A DNA stretch of 64,000 bases from positions 806,001 to 870,000 of the forward strand of contig LSRY02000038.1 in the NCBI GenBank assembly GCA_001643675.2. The letters run 5' to 3'. This document shows, piece by piece, positions 51,906-62,703 of the stretch. The DNA is from Monocercomonoides exilis PA203. Taxonomy: Eukaryota; Protista; Preaxostyla. How positions within the stretch are numbered: the stretch's first letter is position 1; every line of letters starts with the position of its first letter. The translations under genes and the position numbers were made by a program. Below the pieces are notes generated by a model. It was not told the DNA's origin, searched no databases, and saw nothing but the letters and a program-made list of their open reading frames with translations.

Positions 51906-53028
51906 CATGGGGAGAATATGTGGGAGCGAAGGAAATAGCAGCAGCAATATTGAGAAATTAAAAAAGCGAAAGAGACACGTGGAGATCGCTGAGAAGATTT
52001 AAGCAGTTTCTTGAAAAAGAGAGCATGGATGACATTGACCCCCTCACAACCAGAGATGCCAAATGGATTAGGCAGAGTTCACCGATACGCTTTCAAACAC
52101 TTTCCTGTCTAGTGGAGTGATTTATCAGACAGTTCGGAAAGTGCTGGATTCTGTTTACCTCTTAAGAGAGACAAAGATTGATGGGAAAGATATAGAAATA
52201 TTTCAAAAGACTTATGTGGGGGATAAGCCAAGAAGGGGCAAACGATACAAATCAATGTGGGACTTGACAATCATCACGAAATGGGCAGAAGCCACACACT
52301 ATATCACGGACCCACAAATTCTCCTGAGGAGAGCCCTCATCCTCACTATGATTTTTGGAGCTTTAAGACCAGCAGAGCTGGAAAGAATGAGAAGGGTAAC
52401 AACGATACTTGAAGATAACTTTGTCCAGATACAAGTACAAACAAAAACTTCAGGGGGATAGACGGTTAAGGTTATTATAAATAAACATCCAAACACACGA
52501 ATAGATGCAGTAGAGGCCCTCCAACGTTGGTTAGAGTTTTCAAAGACAACGTTCAGGGATGAACATGTGTGGTTTGACATAGAAGGGAGTAGACCTGCTA
52601 ACCTGCAGAAAATAAAGGAAGAAAATACGGCTATTCTTAGAGAGAACGGAATACACGAAACTTTTATAACGTACTCGATAAGACACGCAGTGATTACACA
52701 TTTAGCAAGACGAGAAGGAGCGGACTGGAAGGAAATCAATGCTTATGCGAGAGGGGAGCCTGGTTCGAGAGTAGCCAAGGAGTATTACGCCGTGTCACTG
52801 GTTCAAGATATGAAATGGATCCTGGAGACGATCGGCGGCCCAGTACCACTGGCAGAGAAGGGAGACAAGTCGGAGAGGGATAGCGAAATAAAAGATATTA
52901 GAAATGAGAATATAGAATCAAAAACAAAGGAATACACGAGAGAGAGTGCGCAAGCTGTGGGAGAAGGGTACATGAGCAAGAGAAAGAGGTCGAAGAGACG
53001 AGTGTTAATTCGAGAGAAGAGTTCATAG
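51850..53028 (+). pseudogene. DIRS tyrosine recombinase, interrupted
   Basis: Catalytic-type motifs GALRPAEL (Arg), TKT (Lys), TYSIRHAVITHL (HxxR position, here YxxR) and ARGEPGSRVAKEYY (Tyr). Stops at 51959 and 52459. Confidence 0.85.
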
Positions 53029-53363
53029 CATGAGAGTGAAATAGTACAATTTCACAAAGGTTATGAGACATCCACCATAATTCCCCGCAGCATTATGGAG
53101 CTGACGGAGAGCAGACAGACTGCGTCACAGAAAAAGTTTGAAACTGATCTGATGAAACGCGGAGAGAGAAGCATAGGGCAAATTGTCATGACTGTTCAAG
53201 CGCAGAAGACCCGATCGAGAACGCCCCGAAAACATTCCAAGAGAGAGAGGGTGAAGAGACAGGGGCTGCACCATCACCCGCACGCTCTCAACTCATCCGC
53301 CGCACTGGATCGTGCTTGGAAGGGGTTTTAGATAACGCATATTGAGATAGAAGGGATTTCAAG

Positions 53364-53460
53364 ACTCATTATTGAGGAGCAAACATGCTCCTTGCGTTCG
53401 TTGATTCGCTCTATTGCAAATTGATAGAACGCAGTGAGACAGGATTTGCTCCGAAATAAT
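53364..53460. repeat. DIRS internal complementary region (ICR)
   Basis: 53364-53422 is the reverse complement of 48086-48144 (54/59 match). 53432-53460 (CAGTGAGACAGGATTTGCTCCGAAATAAT) is the near reverse complement of 54085-54112. Confidence 0.9.
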
Positions 53461-54657
53461 ATTAATGCGGATGGAGAGACTCAGAGCGGCTGGGTGCGAG
53501 AATGAGAGAGAAACATGTTGGGAAGAATATGACGAGAAAAAAGTGGCGAGATAGCAGAGGAGATAGAAAGAGAGAAACCGTCCAGAAAGAACGAATGCAC
53601 CTAAACCAGCATTGGGAGACAGTGAAGGAATAAAAAGTTGGAAGAAGGATCCTTCTCCTTTTATTGGTATCGAACAAATGCAAAGAGAAGAGTGAGACTA
53701 ATCCATACAGTGTGTGATGTTTTGGGGTTGCTCTGCTGATGCAGCAGAAGAACGGGAGGCAGAGCACATCACATGCAGGTTTCTTATCCACGCCTTGCAT
53801 GAGCGAGAGTAGTTTTTCTTTCTGCTCCGTTTTTGAACACTCGCCTCACCGGATCCCTGCACAGCCTGCAGGTGAGAGCTCCGAGAGGCAATATCCCCTG
53901 CCCTCTGGTCTTCGCGACCAAGGCGAAAAGGCGAAGTCGGTGGTGAAGAGAAGCGGACAATGCATTATTTTATTATTCAATGTTTAATGTTATTGTTTTG
54001 TTTTTTTTCTCTCCCTTTCTTCCACGTCATTTGGGATAGGGCGAAGTTTTTCACTCGAACCACCCAAAATTTAAATTGATACTCATTATCTCGCAGCAAA
54101 CCTGTCTCACTGTATTTTAATTGAAAATAATCTATGAAATGGAAGTTATTTTTGGATGTTTTTATCTTTAACTTCGCAATTTGCTGATTTTAGAAACATT
54201 GTCTTCAGAAAAGGCATCAGTTCAATTAGTTATTTAATAATGAATCTATTTCAACTATTCACAAATTTTCAAGGTTTCTATGTATTTAATCCTAGCAATA
54301 ATGCTTTCAATGCTTAAAAATGAAGAAGCAAAATCACTTTTTCAGTTTTTTTCCAACTAATTGAACTTCAATTGCATGCCTTTCGTAAAATAATATTCGA
54401 ACAGTTGTTCAATGTGGATAAAAAAAGTTCAATAAGCGCAAACAAATGCAAACTGACAATGCTGAAGCAACAAAGAAATTGAATCTGTATTTATTCTAAT
54501 TCAAAATATTTGTAATATGTATATCAAAGTATTTGAAGAAGCATCTTTTTTGAAGCATCTATGATGAAAAAATCGAAATATTTGAAAAAATCGTATTCAC
54601 TAAGTCATTATGGTTATTCACAAAAATTTTCCACAAAAAAGTATTTTTTTAATAAAT

Positions 54658-54898
54658 GTCAATATTTTTTTTGAAAAGTTCCTTTTGTTTAATTTTATAA
54701 TAAAATAAAAATTTCATATTTCGATCAAATTTCTGTTCCCACTCACCAAATTTCGCTGCCATGAAAATTTTATCTTTTCAATGTTTATATTTCCATTCGA
54801 GAAAAGTTTCATGATTGGGAACAGAAATTTGATCGAAATATGAAATTTTTTCTTTTTTAGAAAAATAAACAAAAGGAACTTTTCAAAAAAATTTAGTC
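54658..54898. mobile_element. MITE-like palindromic element, family A copy 2 (opposite orientation to 2049-2287)
   Basis: Same TIR core TTTTGAAAAGTTCCTTTTGTTTA. Internal CTCACCAAATTTCGCTGCCATG is the reverse complement of the copy-1 interior. Flanked by AAAT on both sides. Confidence 0.8.
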
Positions 54899-55076
54899 AA
54901 ATAATGTGAAAAAATTGCTAAACATAATTATTGAATAAACATTTCTTGTAAAAATTGTTGAACGACGTAAATCCAAGTTATCTTTTGAGATTTCATAAAT
55001 ACTGACGATTTCAATTAATGAATGACGTACGTGAAAATTATTTTTTTACCTGAAACACATGTTTACAGGAAAACAT

Positions 55077-56084
55077 GATAGAGTTTCACTTTTTCCTATG
55101 ACCCTTTTTTTACCCCCACCCTTTTTTTTGTGGAGCTGGCTACGGCTTAATACAAGCCTGTAGCCAACATAAAATAACTAGAAATGTTTATTTTAATAAA
55201 TTTAACTTATACAGAAAAAAAATTTTCGTTAAAAATTTTTTAACTTTGAGATCTCGGTATTTTTTCAATTTTATTTTTTGATCATTAAATTGATGGTCTT
55301 TCCATGAATATAACATTCTGGAAGTTTTAAGCTACACCATCATTACACATCTTATCCTTTTTATAGTTTTTTTTTTTTAACTTTTCACATTTTTCAAGTT
55401 TCTTTTTCATCTGTTTTCTCATTTCATCGACTTTTCGAAAAAATGAAAATTTTTAAAGAATGATGAATTTTTGTATAAAATTTAAAGATTATCCTTTGTA
55501 TATATTAGAACGTTAATTATGCAGATATCCAAAAAGGTTTAACAAATTTGATATTTAACAGAAAAATGAAAAACATCATTTTCTGTAATTTTGATTTTTC
55601 CAACCAGTAACATTTTTTCAGCAAAAAATTATGTGAGTGTGCAACAATATTATGAGTTTAAAATGAGAAACTGCTTAATATTTTTCACAAAAATTCAACA
55701 TTCTTTAAAAATTTTCATTTTTTCGAAAAGTCGATGAAATGAGAAAACAGATGAAAAAGAAACTTGAAAAATGTGAAAAGTTAAAAAAAAAAAACTATAA
55801 AAAGGATAAGATGTGTAATGATGGTGTAGCTTAAAACTTCCAGAATGTTATATTCATGGAAAGACCATCAATTTAATGATCAAAAAATAAAATTGAAAAA
55901 ATACCGAGATCTCAAAGTTAAAAAATTTTTAACGAAAATTTTTTTTCTGTATAAGTTAAATTTATTAAAATAAACATTTCTAGTTATTTTATGTTGGCTA
56001 CAGGCTTGTATTAAGCCGTAGCCAGCTCCACAAAAAAAAGGGTGGGGGTAAAAAAAGGGTCATAGGAAAAAGTGAAACTCTATC
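55077..56084. mobile_element. Foldback element: 386-bp inverted arms (55077-55462 / 55699-56084) around a 236-bp spacer
   Basis: The arms read as exact reverse complements wherever checked, with a constant coordinate sum (no indels). Termini are TA|GAGTTTCAC...GTGAAACTC|TA. Confidence 0.92.
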
Positions 56085-56299
56085 TATTGTTAACATCACT
56101 CAAATTGAAATTTCATAGAAAACAGGTCATTCTCATATAATGCAGTCTTGTCTCAATTTTTCTATCCGTCAGCCAGGTTTAGGGACAAAACGAAGTTTTC
56201 ACTTTATTATTAAAAATTTACCCCTAATGTTTTTTGGATCAAAAAATTAATGGAATTGAAGGATCTTGTACAATAATTCTTTTAAAAAGGCTTTGCTGA

Positions 56300-58819
56300 A
56301 TGTTTTTGGTGCTTATTCTTTTCCAAATTTTGACATCGATTTTCTTACAAGAAGATCCGTCACAGCCGGTTTCAACGGTTTATGTGAAGCAAAGCGGGAA
56401 AGATGAAAACAGCGGATTGGCAATCGATCAGGAAAAGCCATCATTGAACGATGCATATAAAAAGTTGGGGGATGACATTGCGTGCATCATGAAAATTGTT
56501 AATGACGATAGCCCATTGACTGCAGAAGCGATAACCTTCGGCAAGAACAAAGGAATTACGATCGAAGGAGTGAATAGCGATGGAAATGGAAATACCGAAG
56601 TGGCAATAGACTGTGACGTTCATCCAGGAAGTGATCTTTTTTATAGCGATGTCAACGTGGAATTCAAATACTTGGCATTCCACATTCCAACGACATTGGA
56701 TAAAGAAGGAGTTCAAAAATACCAATATTATTCTTTGATAAATGTGCAAAATGCAAGCTTAACAATAAGGAGCTGCAGGTTTATTCGTCCTGAAAGTGAA
56801 GGATGTCACGCTGATTTTTATCTAGTGTACATATCTCTAGGGTCATTGACGATGGACTCAGTTGAGTGCTCGGATGAAGCAAATTCATTAACATCGGAGA
56901 TTGCTCTTTTTAATATATTTGACGCGCAAACAGTGACATTGTCTAACTTGACTTTGAAGAAAGTTGAAACAGATGCGTATGCTGTTTTCGAGGTCACAAG
57001 TAGAGAAAAATGTGATTTAACATTAAATAAAAGTACGTTTTCGGAATGCATATCGCATTCTTACGGAACATTGCATTTTAATACTTCAAATGACCAAAGT
57101 ACATTTACTGTTGGAGATGGAGGTGTTACAACTTTTTCATCTTGCCATACTGATTTTGATTATAGCTCTGCATTATGTCTGCGAATGAAAGCTATTAAAT
57201 CAGCAAATCAGCTTAACTGGCCTGAAGATGGAAGGAATCTGATATTTGAAAATTGCACAGCAGGAGAAGACGAGTTAAAAAGGAACATTGGGTTATTTTT
57301 GGAGATGGCAAATGACTCATTGTTTGAAGAAATTGCATCAGCGATGAAGAAGAGTTTTGCAGCTAATTACACGCGAAGAGGTCACATGTGGTGCGTTACA
57401 GGGCACAGCAATAGCAATAATGAAGATTGCGATTTTTCAGAGAAGTATTTTGATCCTTTTCGACCTCCATCTCAAGATCTTTCAAAGATTTTTGCGAAGT
57501 CTGGAGGTACAGGGAATGGCGAAAGCTTGGAGAAGCCAATTGGATCTTTGAAGGAGGCCAGTGAATTGTTGGGAATGATCACAAGAGAGGATTCATTTGG
57601 AATTGCAATATTAAAATCGGACGATCCTATCCAAGCCGAAGAAATTACATTAAGCAAGAGCCGTGGAATAGCCGTGGAAGGAGTGAATAGCGATGGAAAT
57701 GGAAATGTTGAAGTGGCTATTGATTGTGATGTTAGCGCATCATCTGCTCTATTCATATGCGAAAAAGAGGTGGAGTTCAGTTATTTGGCATTCAACTTTC
57801 CCACTTCAGGAAAAAAATGGTCTTCTTTGATTTTTGGAAATGATTTGTCTTCGTCACTCACGATCAGCAATTGTCGATTTGTCAGAGTTGGAGCGCAATC
57901 TCCAGATGAAATGGCAACAAATGAGGAAGATGAAGAAGAAGATGATGATTTTACTGTTGGTAATCTTGTGTACGTTTCGGGGGGAAAAGTTGCAATGAAC
58001 GCTGTGACATGCACAGATGAAAGAAGCACCGTTTCATTTTCGACATCTCCGTTTTATTTTGATGGAATAAGCGCAGTGTCCTTAAATGAAGTGGAGATCA
58101 GCAAAGTGAATGTTTTGCTCAATCCAACAATTTTTATTTTTCACTACAGAAGGGAAACTTCCTCAACAGTTAGCATTGAGGGATTGAACATGAATGGAGT
58201 GAATTCAGAGAATGGAGCTTCTGCTGGCTTGGAGATTTCTTTGGTCTCAAAAGAATCCACAGTGACGATAGGAAGAAACAAAAAATGTTCGTTCAAGTCG
58301 TGTTCAGCACCAAAGGGGAAATCAGGAGCGATATTAATTGAATTGCGGAAGGCAACATCGAATCTTCAGCTTCCATCAGCAAACAACCTGGAGATAGACA
58401 GCTCAAACACAGCTGGCTCAAAATCAACTTCTCTGTTCATCATTGCTCCAGATTTTGAAGAGTTCTGCACACAGGAGGATGCCTTTGAATTTGCGAATGA
58501 TTATGACAATTCGACAGCTGGGTGGATTGTGGTTGCAAAAAATGATAATTCAGAGCCTGCTGATGTGTATGAGAAGTATCTGAAGAAGCCAGATCCTGCT
58601 CCAGAAGGTCCAGCATCAGAAGAACCTGCTCCAGAAGATAAGAAGAAACCAAATGCTGGAACTGTTGTTGCAATTGTTGTTCCAATAGTTGTGGTTGTTG
58701 TTGTTGCAGTTGTTGTGGTTGTGGTTGTCATTGTGGTTGTCAAGAAAAGGAAGGCTAAAAGCAGCAAAGATGAAAACAAAGATGGAAGCAAAGAACAAGA
58801 AATGAGCAGCCAGGAGTAG
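56300..58819 (+). CDS. Intact modular type-I surface membrane protein (839 aa; signal peptide, 2 beta-rich modules, Pro-rich stalk, poly-Val TM, basic cytoplasmic tail)
   Basis: Uninterrupted ORF. N-terminal MFLVLILFQILTSIFLQ. Internal repeat of EGVNSDGNGNxEVAIDCDV...EFxYLAFxxPT...CRFxR. TM VVAIVVPIVVVVVVAVVVVVVVIVVV followed by KKRK. A beta-helix-like fold is inferred from periodic LTI.NC.F / F..C motifs. Confidence 0.9.
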   Translation: MFLVLILFQILTSIFLQEDPSQPVSTVYVKQSGKDENSGLAIDQEKPSLNDAYKKLGDDIACIMKIVNDDSPLTAEAITFGKNKGITIEGVNSDGNGNTEVAIDCDVHPGSDLFYSDVNVEFKYLAFHIPTTLDKEGVQKYQYYSLINVQNASLTIRSCRFIRPESEGCHADFYLVYISLGSLTMDSVECSDEANSLTSEIALFNIFDAQTVTLSNLTLKKVETDAYAVFEVTSREKCDLTLNKSTFSECISHSYGTLHFNTSNDQSTFTVGDGGVTTFSSCHTDFDYSSALCLRMKAIKSANQLNWPEDGRNLIFENCTAGEDELKRNIGLFLEMANDSLFEEIASAMKKSFAANYTRRGHMWCVTGHSNSNNEDCDFSEKYFDPFRPPSQDLSKIFAKSGGTGNGESLEKPIGSLKEASELLGMITREDSFGIAILKSDDPIQAEEITLSKSRGIAVEGVNSDGNGNVEVAIDCDVSASSALFICEKEVEFSYLAFNFPTSGKKWSSLIFGNDLSSSLTISNCRFVRVGAQSPDEMATNEEDEEEDDDFTVGNLVYVSGGKVAMNAVTCTDERSTVSFSTSPFYFDGISAVSLNEVEISKVNVLLNPTIFIFHYRRETSSTVSIEGLNMNGVNSENGASAGLEISLVSKESTVTIGRNKKCSFKSCSAPKGKSGAILIELRKATSNLQLPSANNLEIDSSNTAGSKSTSLFIIAPDFEEFCTQEDAFEFANDYDNSTAGWIVVAKNDNSEPADVYEKYLKKPDPAPEGPASEEPAPEDKKKPNAGTVVAIVVPIVVVVVVAVVVVVVVIVVVKKRKAKSSKDENKDGSKEQEMSSQE

Positions 58820-59253
58820 AATTGAGATTTCCAATTCTTTCAGAGCAATTTAACTTTATTTTTATTTCATAAAGCATATATTTGTGAATATCATAGAGTT
58901 TTTCTTATCTTATCTCTTTCGTTAACCACATTGAAAATGTGATTAATAGTTGAAGTGTAATTCATAGATTAGTTTCATTTCACACACCAATTGTTATTCA
59001 TCATCATCACTTTTCCGTTCACTTCAGAAGGATTTTTCAAAAATAGTTTTTGAATTTCCCGTTGTTGATTCCAATAATTATTTCCAAGGATGCTAAAAAT
59101 GAAAACTTTCTTGTAAACAACTTTCGAGGTTTTTGATAATTCAAAAGAAGAAACAAAGATACAAAATGCACACACCCAGCCATAAAAAACTTTGAGTGTT
59201 TCAATAAAACTGTTCGATTCAAAGAATGAGTTTGAAAATAATTAAGCATAGCA

Positions 59254-60313
59254 ATGATTTTTTCGAAAATACTGGATGATTTTATTATTAGGGTTTGATC
59301 ATATTTTGGATTTCTTTTTTATCATGATGGCAATAACAAAAGATGCAATTTTTAAATTTATTTATTTATTTTCTCTGGTTGCAATGATGGTTTGATTTCT
59401 TTTCATGTAATTCTTCGTACAAAAAATTTTATAACTGAAACAGGGATTTGCTTCGTTAAGCACTTTTTCAAACATTAAATCTCAAGATTTTTGCATTTCT
59501 TCTTTGGGGTTATATGCTTTCCATAAGCGAGATTCATTTGCCATGTTGGCCTTTCTTTCAATAAACGTTTTCACATTCTGGATCGAAGTAATCAAGCTCG
59601 TTATAATTTGTTTGCCTCACGCAATTTTTGCAACAATTAAAAATGAATAAATTTAAAATTTATTTTTTAGCCGATGAGTTGGTTTCATGGGGACTGTATT
59701 ACTTTATTGTGACGGTGTTTTCGCTTATTTTAAAAAGTGTGAAAGTTCTATTTTGAAATTGGCAATTTGGAATTTTATTTTAAAATTTGTCGCAGTCATC
59801 GCAACATTCTTTGGATTTTATCATAGAAGAGTATTCATGAACGAGAATGGTGTTTCTTCCGATCTTCCTGCTTCTTTTTTCACATCTTCTTCAAACGGAT
59901 CATATGGTTCAATTGGATCCATGACTCCTTCAACCATGAGCTCTTCATACCAAGGAGCTCCGCAAGGTTATGTGGATTCATCAGCGATGCCTTCCAGCGC
60001 GGGAATTTCGGCTGCGACCTATTCAGCAGCAAAAAATGATGGTTATCTTGAACCGAACCCAGTTGCCGTGCCAAATGCCGGCGATGTGCATCAGCCTTCA
60101 GAAACGTTCAATGTCAGCGGTATGAAAGCTGAAGGTGCTGCGCCGATTGAGCAGCCGCAGGCAGCAGCTGAGTCGACTGCAGAAGGAGCGTATCAGACGA
60201 CGAATTATTACAGCTCTCCTGATCAAGTGGCACAGAATGATAATTATCAGCAAAGTTCAAATGTGGTGAGCGAGGAAAATGCTCTTTCACGGGACTACTT
60301 GGATGATCTTTAA
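59254..60313 (+). CDS. AGTRAP-like small multi-pass membrane protein with low-complexity C-terminal tail (multi-exon; 5' end uncertain)
   Basis: An exon from 59444 encodes SSLGLYAFHKRDSFAMLAFLSINVFTFWIEVIKLVI and the last exon encodes LAIWNFILKFVAVIATFFGFYHRR. These resemble AGTRAP LGVWAVAQRDS...FLDIV and MAILSLLLKP...YHMYRER as recalled; not searched. GT-AG introns are visible. Confidence 0.5.
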
Positions 60314-60911
60314 ATTTCCTATAAATGATGTTTTCTGCCTTGAAAGGGTTTTTAGTCTTGTCTTTTCTTTTTCTTTCTTTTCTTTTTTCTTTCTTTTCTT
60401 TTCTTTTCTTTATTTTTTGCCCCCCTATTTCTATTTCTTAATTTCTTTTTTATTATTTTGACGATTGAAATTATTTCAAAGCATTGTTGAATTTTGTTTT
60501 TAAAATGATGGTTTCTTTTAATTTTTCTTCTTCTTTTTTCTTTTTTTTCGCATGTTTTGTTACTCTTTTGTTTATTTGCTGAGCGCACATTCACTTTTTA
60601 TTCTGGGCATATTCGATGGCGAATAATGCATTATTGGTGGTGATCTTTCTTTTTTTACACTTTGAAAGTCTTGTTTGTGCATTTTTATTTTGCTAAAATT
60701 TTATGCATGCAATAAAGACATAAATAATACAAACGACTTACTTCCATTTTGATATTTTTTAATGTTTTTGAAGCGTTTCTTTAACAAAAAGGATTGATAA
60801 TCATAATTTTTCGATTCATCTATAAATTTTGAAGTTTTCAGATGAATCAAAAAGTTATCTTTAAAAAAAAATAAAATACGATGATTAATATAGCCATTTG
60901 TGAATTAAATA

Positions 60912-62670
60912 ATGCTCGAAATTTTAACTGTTCCATTCTCTCAAAATATTCTGTTCTTTGCGCCTTTTCCAACAATCAATTCCTTATTGTATTCTTTAAG
61001 CACAATAAGTTCTCTTGATACAGCTCATTTTATTATTTTTTGATTGATTTTGCAATATTCTTGATTGCATCGAACGATTTCATAGGTTTTTCTCATTGAC
61101 TTTCTTTTTTTCAGCATTTTCATCAATTGAGATTTGATAAAAGATGCATTTCTCAATCCGTTGGTTGTATTGTCATAATCAAACAAAATGATTTATCAGG
61201 TGTGCTTGCTATTATTTCTTCATCTTATTCCGTGTAGATTTTTTGCAATAAAAGTTATATGTGTTGTTTTCCTTCAATTTCTACAAAATTTTAAAGTTTT
61301 TTTAATTCTTGTTGCAAATGTTGATATTTCATATCGAAATATGCCAATCCTCGAAAACAACGCAACATATTTACATAATGAAATGTTCAATCATTAAAAG
61401 AATAAGTATTTCAATAACACCAAAAAATTCAGACAAAGAAGATAATGGGTTCACAAAAACTTAACAATGAACGACAGCATTATGGAAATGTTTCTGGGGA
61501 TGTTGAAGTCGATGGACTTGCCAGTAAAAGTGCAGCCCACACACTTCATCATCTTCTGGAATGAAATGCATCGAAAAGAAAAGGTGAGCAGAGTCTTAAG
61601 TGAACTGCTGCTTAAATCATGTGGAATCGATGCTCCAAAAGTACCACAATATTTAGCTCCTCCAGATCCTAAAAGGAAGCCACCTGAAAGAGAAAAATAT
61701 AAGGGTTTGATATTTTTCTTCAATATTTCATTTTTTTAACAAAAAATTTTTTGTGATTGCTTTCATAAAACAATGAATTTACAGATGTAAAAGTTCAATC
61801 TCTACAAAATACAGCAATGTTTTATGCATTATTCTTTGATTGCGGAATCGAAGAAATATGTGTTAAAAATGCGTTAACATTGTGGTATGTGATTTTATTA
61901 TTATTTTGAAAAAATGAAGATATTAATGATATTTCAAAGGAACAAATATCTCGGACTGCAATCATCATCAAGGGCCATGTCAAATGAACATCTGCAAATG
62001 GTTTTGCTTCATTGTTGATAATTTTGTTTAATGAAATAAAATAATATTTCTTTTGAAAAATTCCTTCAGATGAATAAAATATTCGCATCAACGGGAAAAA
62101 GAAAAGACGATATTATCAAATACTTAGTGAGTGCTTTCATGTCAATTTCTACTCCGTCTCTAAATTCAGCTCCATCGAGCTATGCTCTTACTACTCCCTT
62201 TCAAAACCACTGTATGAAAAAAATTGATTAATTTTCCTTTTTATACAATTTTATTAATTTTATCGTTATTAATTATAATATTTTTTTGGTGCAAATATCA
62301 ATTATTTATATTTGTAACAATCTGTTATTTCTTTGATCTTATTCAAAACAAAAACAACCAATTCGTTCTTTTGATACAAAATTTTCACTATTTTCCATTT
62401 TTTTTTTTTTTTTTTTCTTTCCATTTCTTATGAATACTTCAAATTTATTTTTAACACCACATATTTTTAACTCGTGTTTACTTAAACTCTTCCCCTTTTC
62501 CCTCGTTCAGTTCAAGTTCTTCTTTCGTTGCTTTATCTATTCAATGCTACTGATTATCGCAGTTATGGAGGCGACAGCTTTCCACTTCATTGTCTCTCTC
62601 CTTTGAAACAATTGCCATCATTGTCTTCCTCTTCTTCTACCCCTTCTCCTTCTTCTTCTTCTTCTTCTAT

Positions 62671-62703
<33 letters not shown>

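Larger units (their letters stand above)
48086..54112 (+). mobile_element. DIRS-type tyrosine-recombinase retrotransposon, full length, decayed ORFs
   Basis: gag-like, RT, RNase H, MT-like and YR regions in canonical order. Left ITR ~48121-48184 is complementary to right ITR ~54040-54104. ICR 53364-53460 is complementary to both outer ends. GC content is higher than in the flanks. Confidence 0.92.

Noticed and set aside
50663-51961. 432-aa alternative-frame ORF over RT/RNase H as a separate gene
   Set aside because: No recognisable motifs. It is in the same frame as the YR, and long overlapping 5' extensions of the YR ORF are common in DIRS.
53826-53957. Assignment as an HDV-like or hammerhead ribozyme
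   Set aside because: GGCGAA resembles HDV J4/2, but no P1/P3/P1.1 arrangement fits, and there is no CUGAUGA...GAAA core. Kept only as an unclassified structure.
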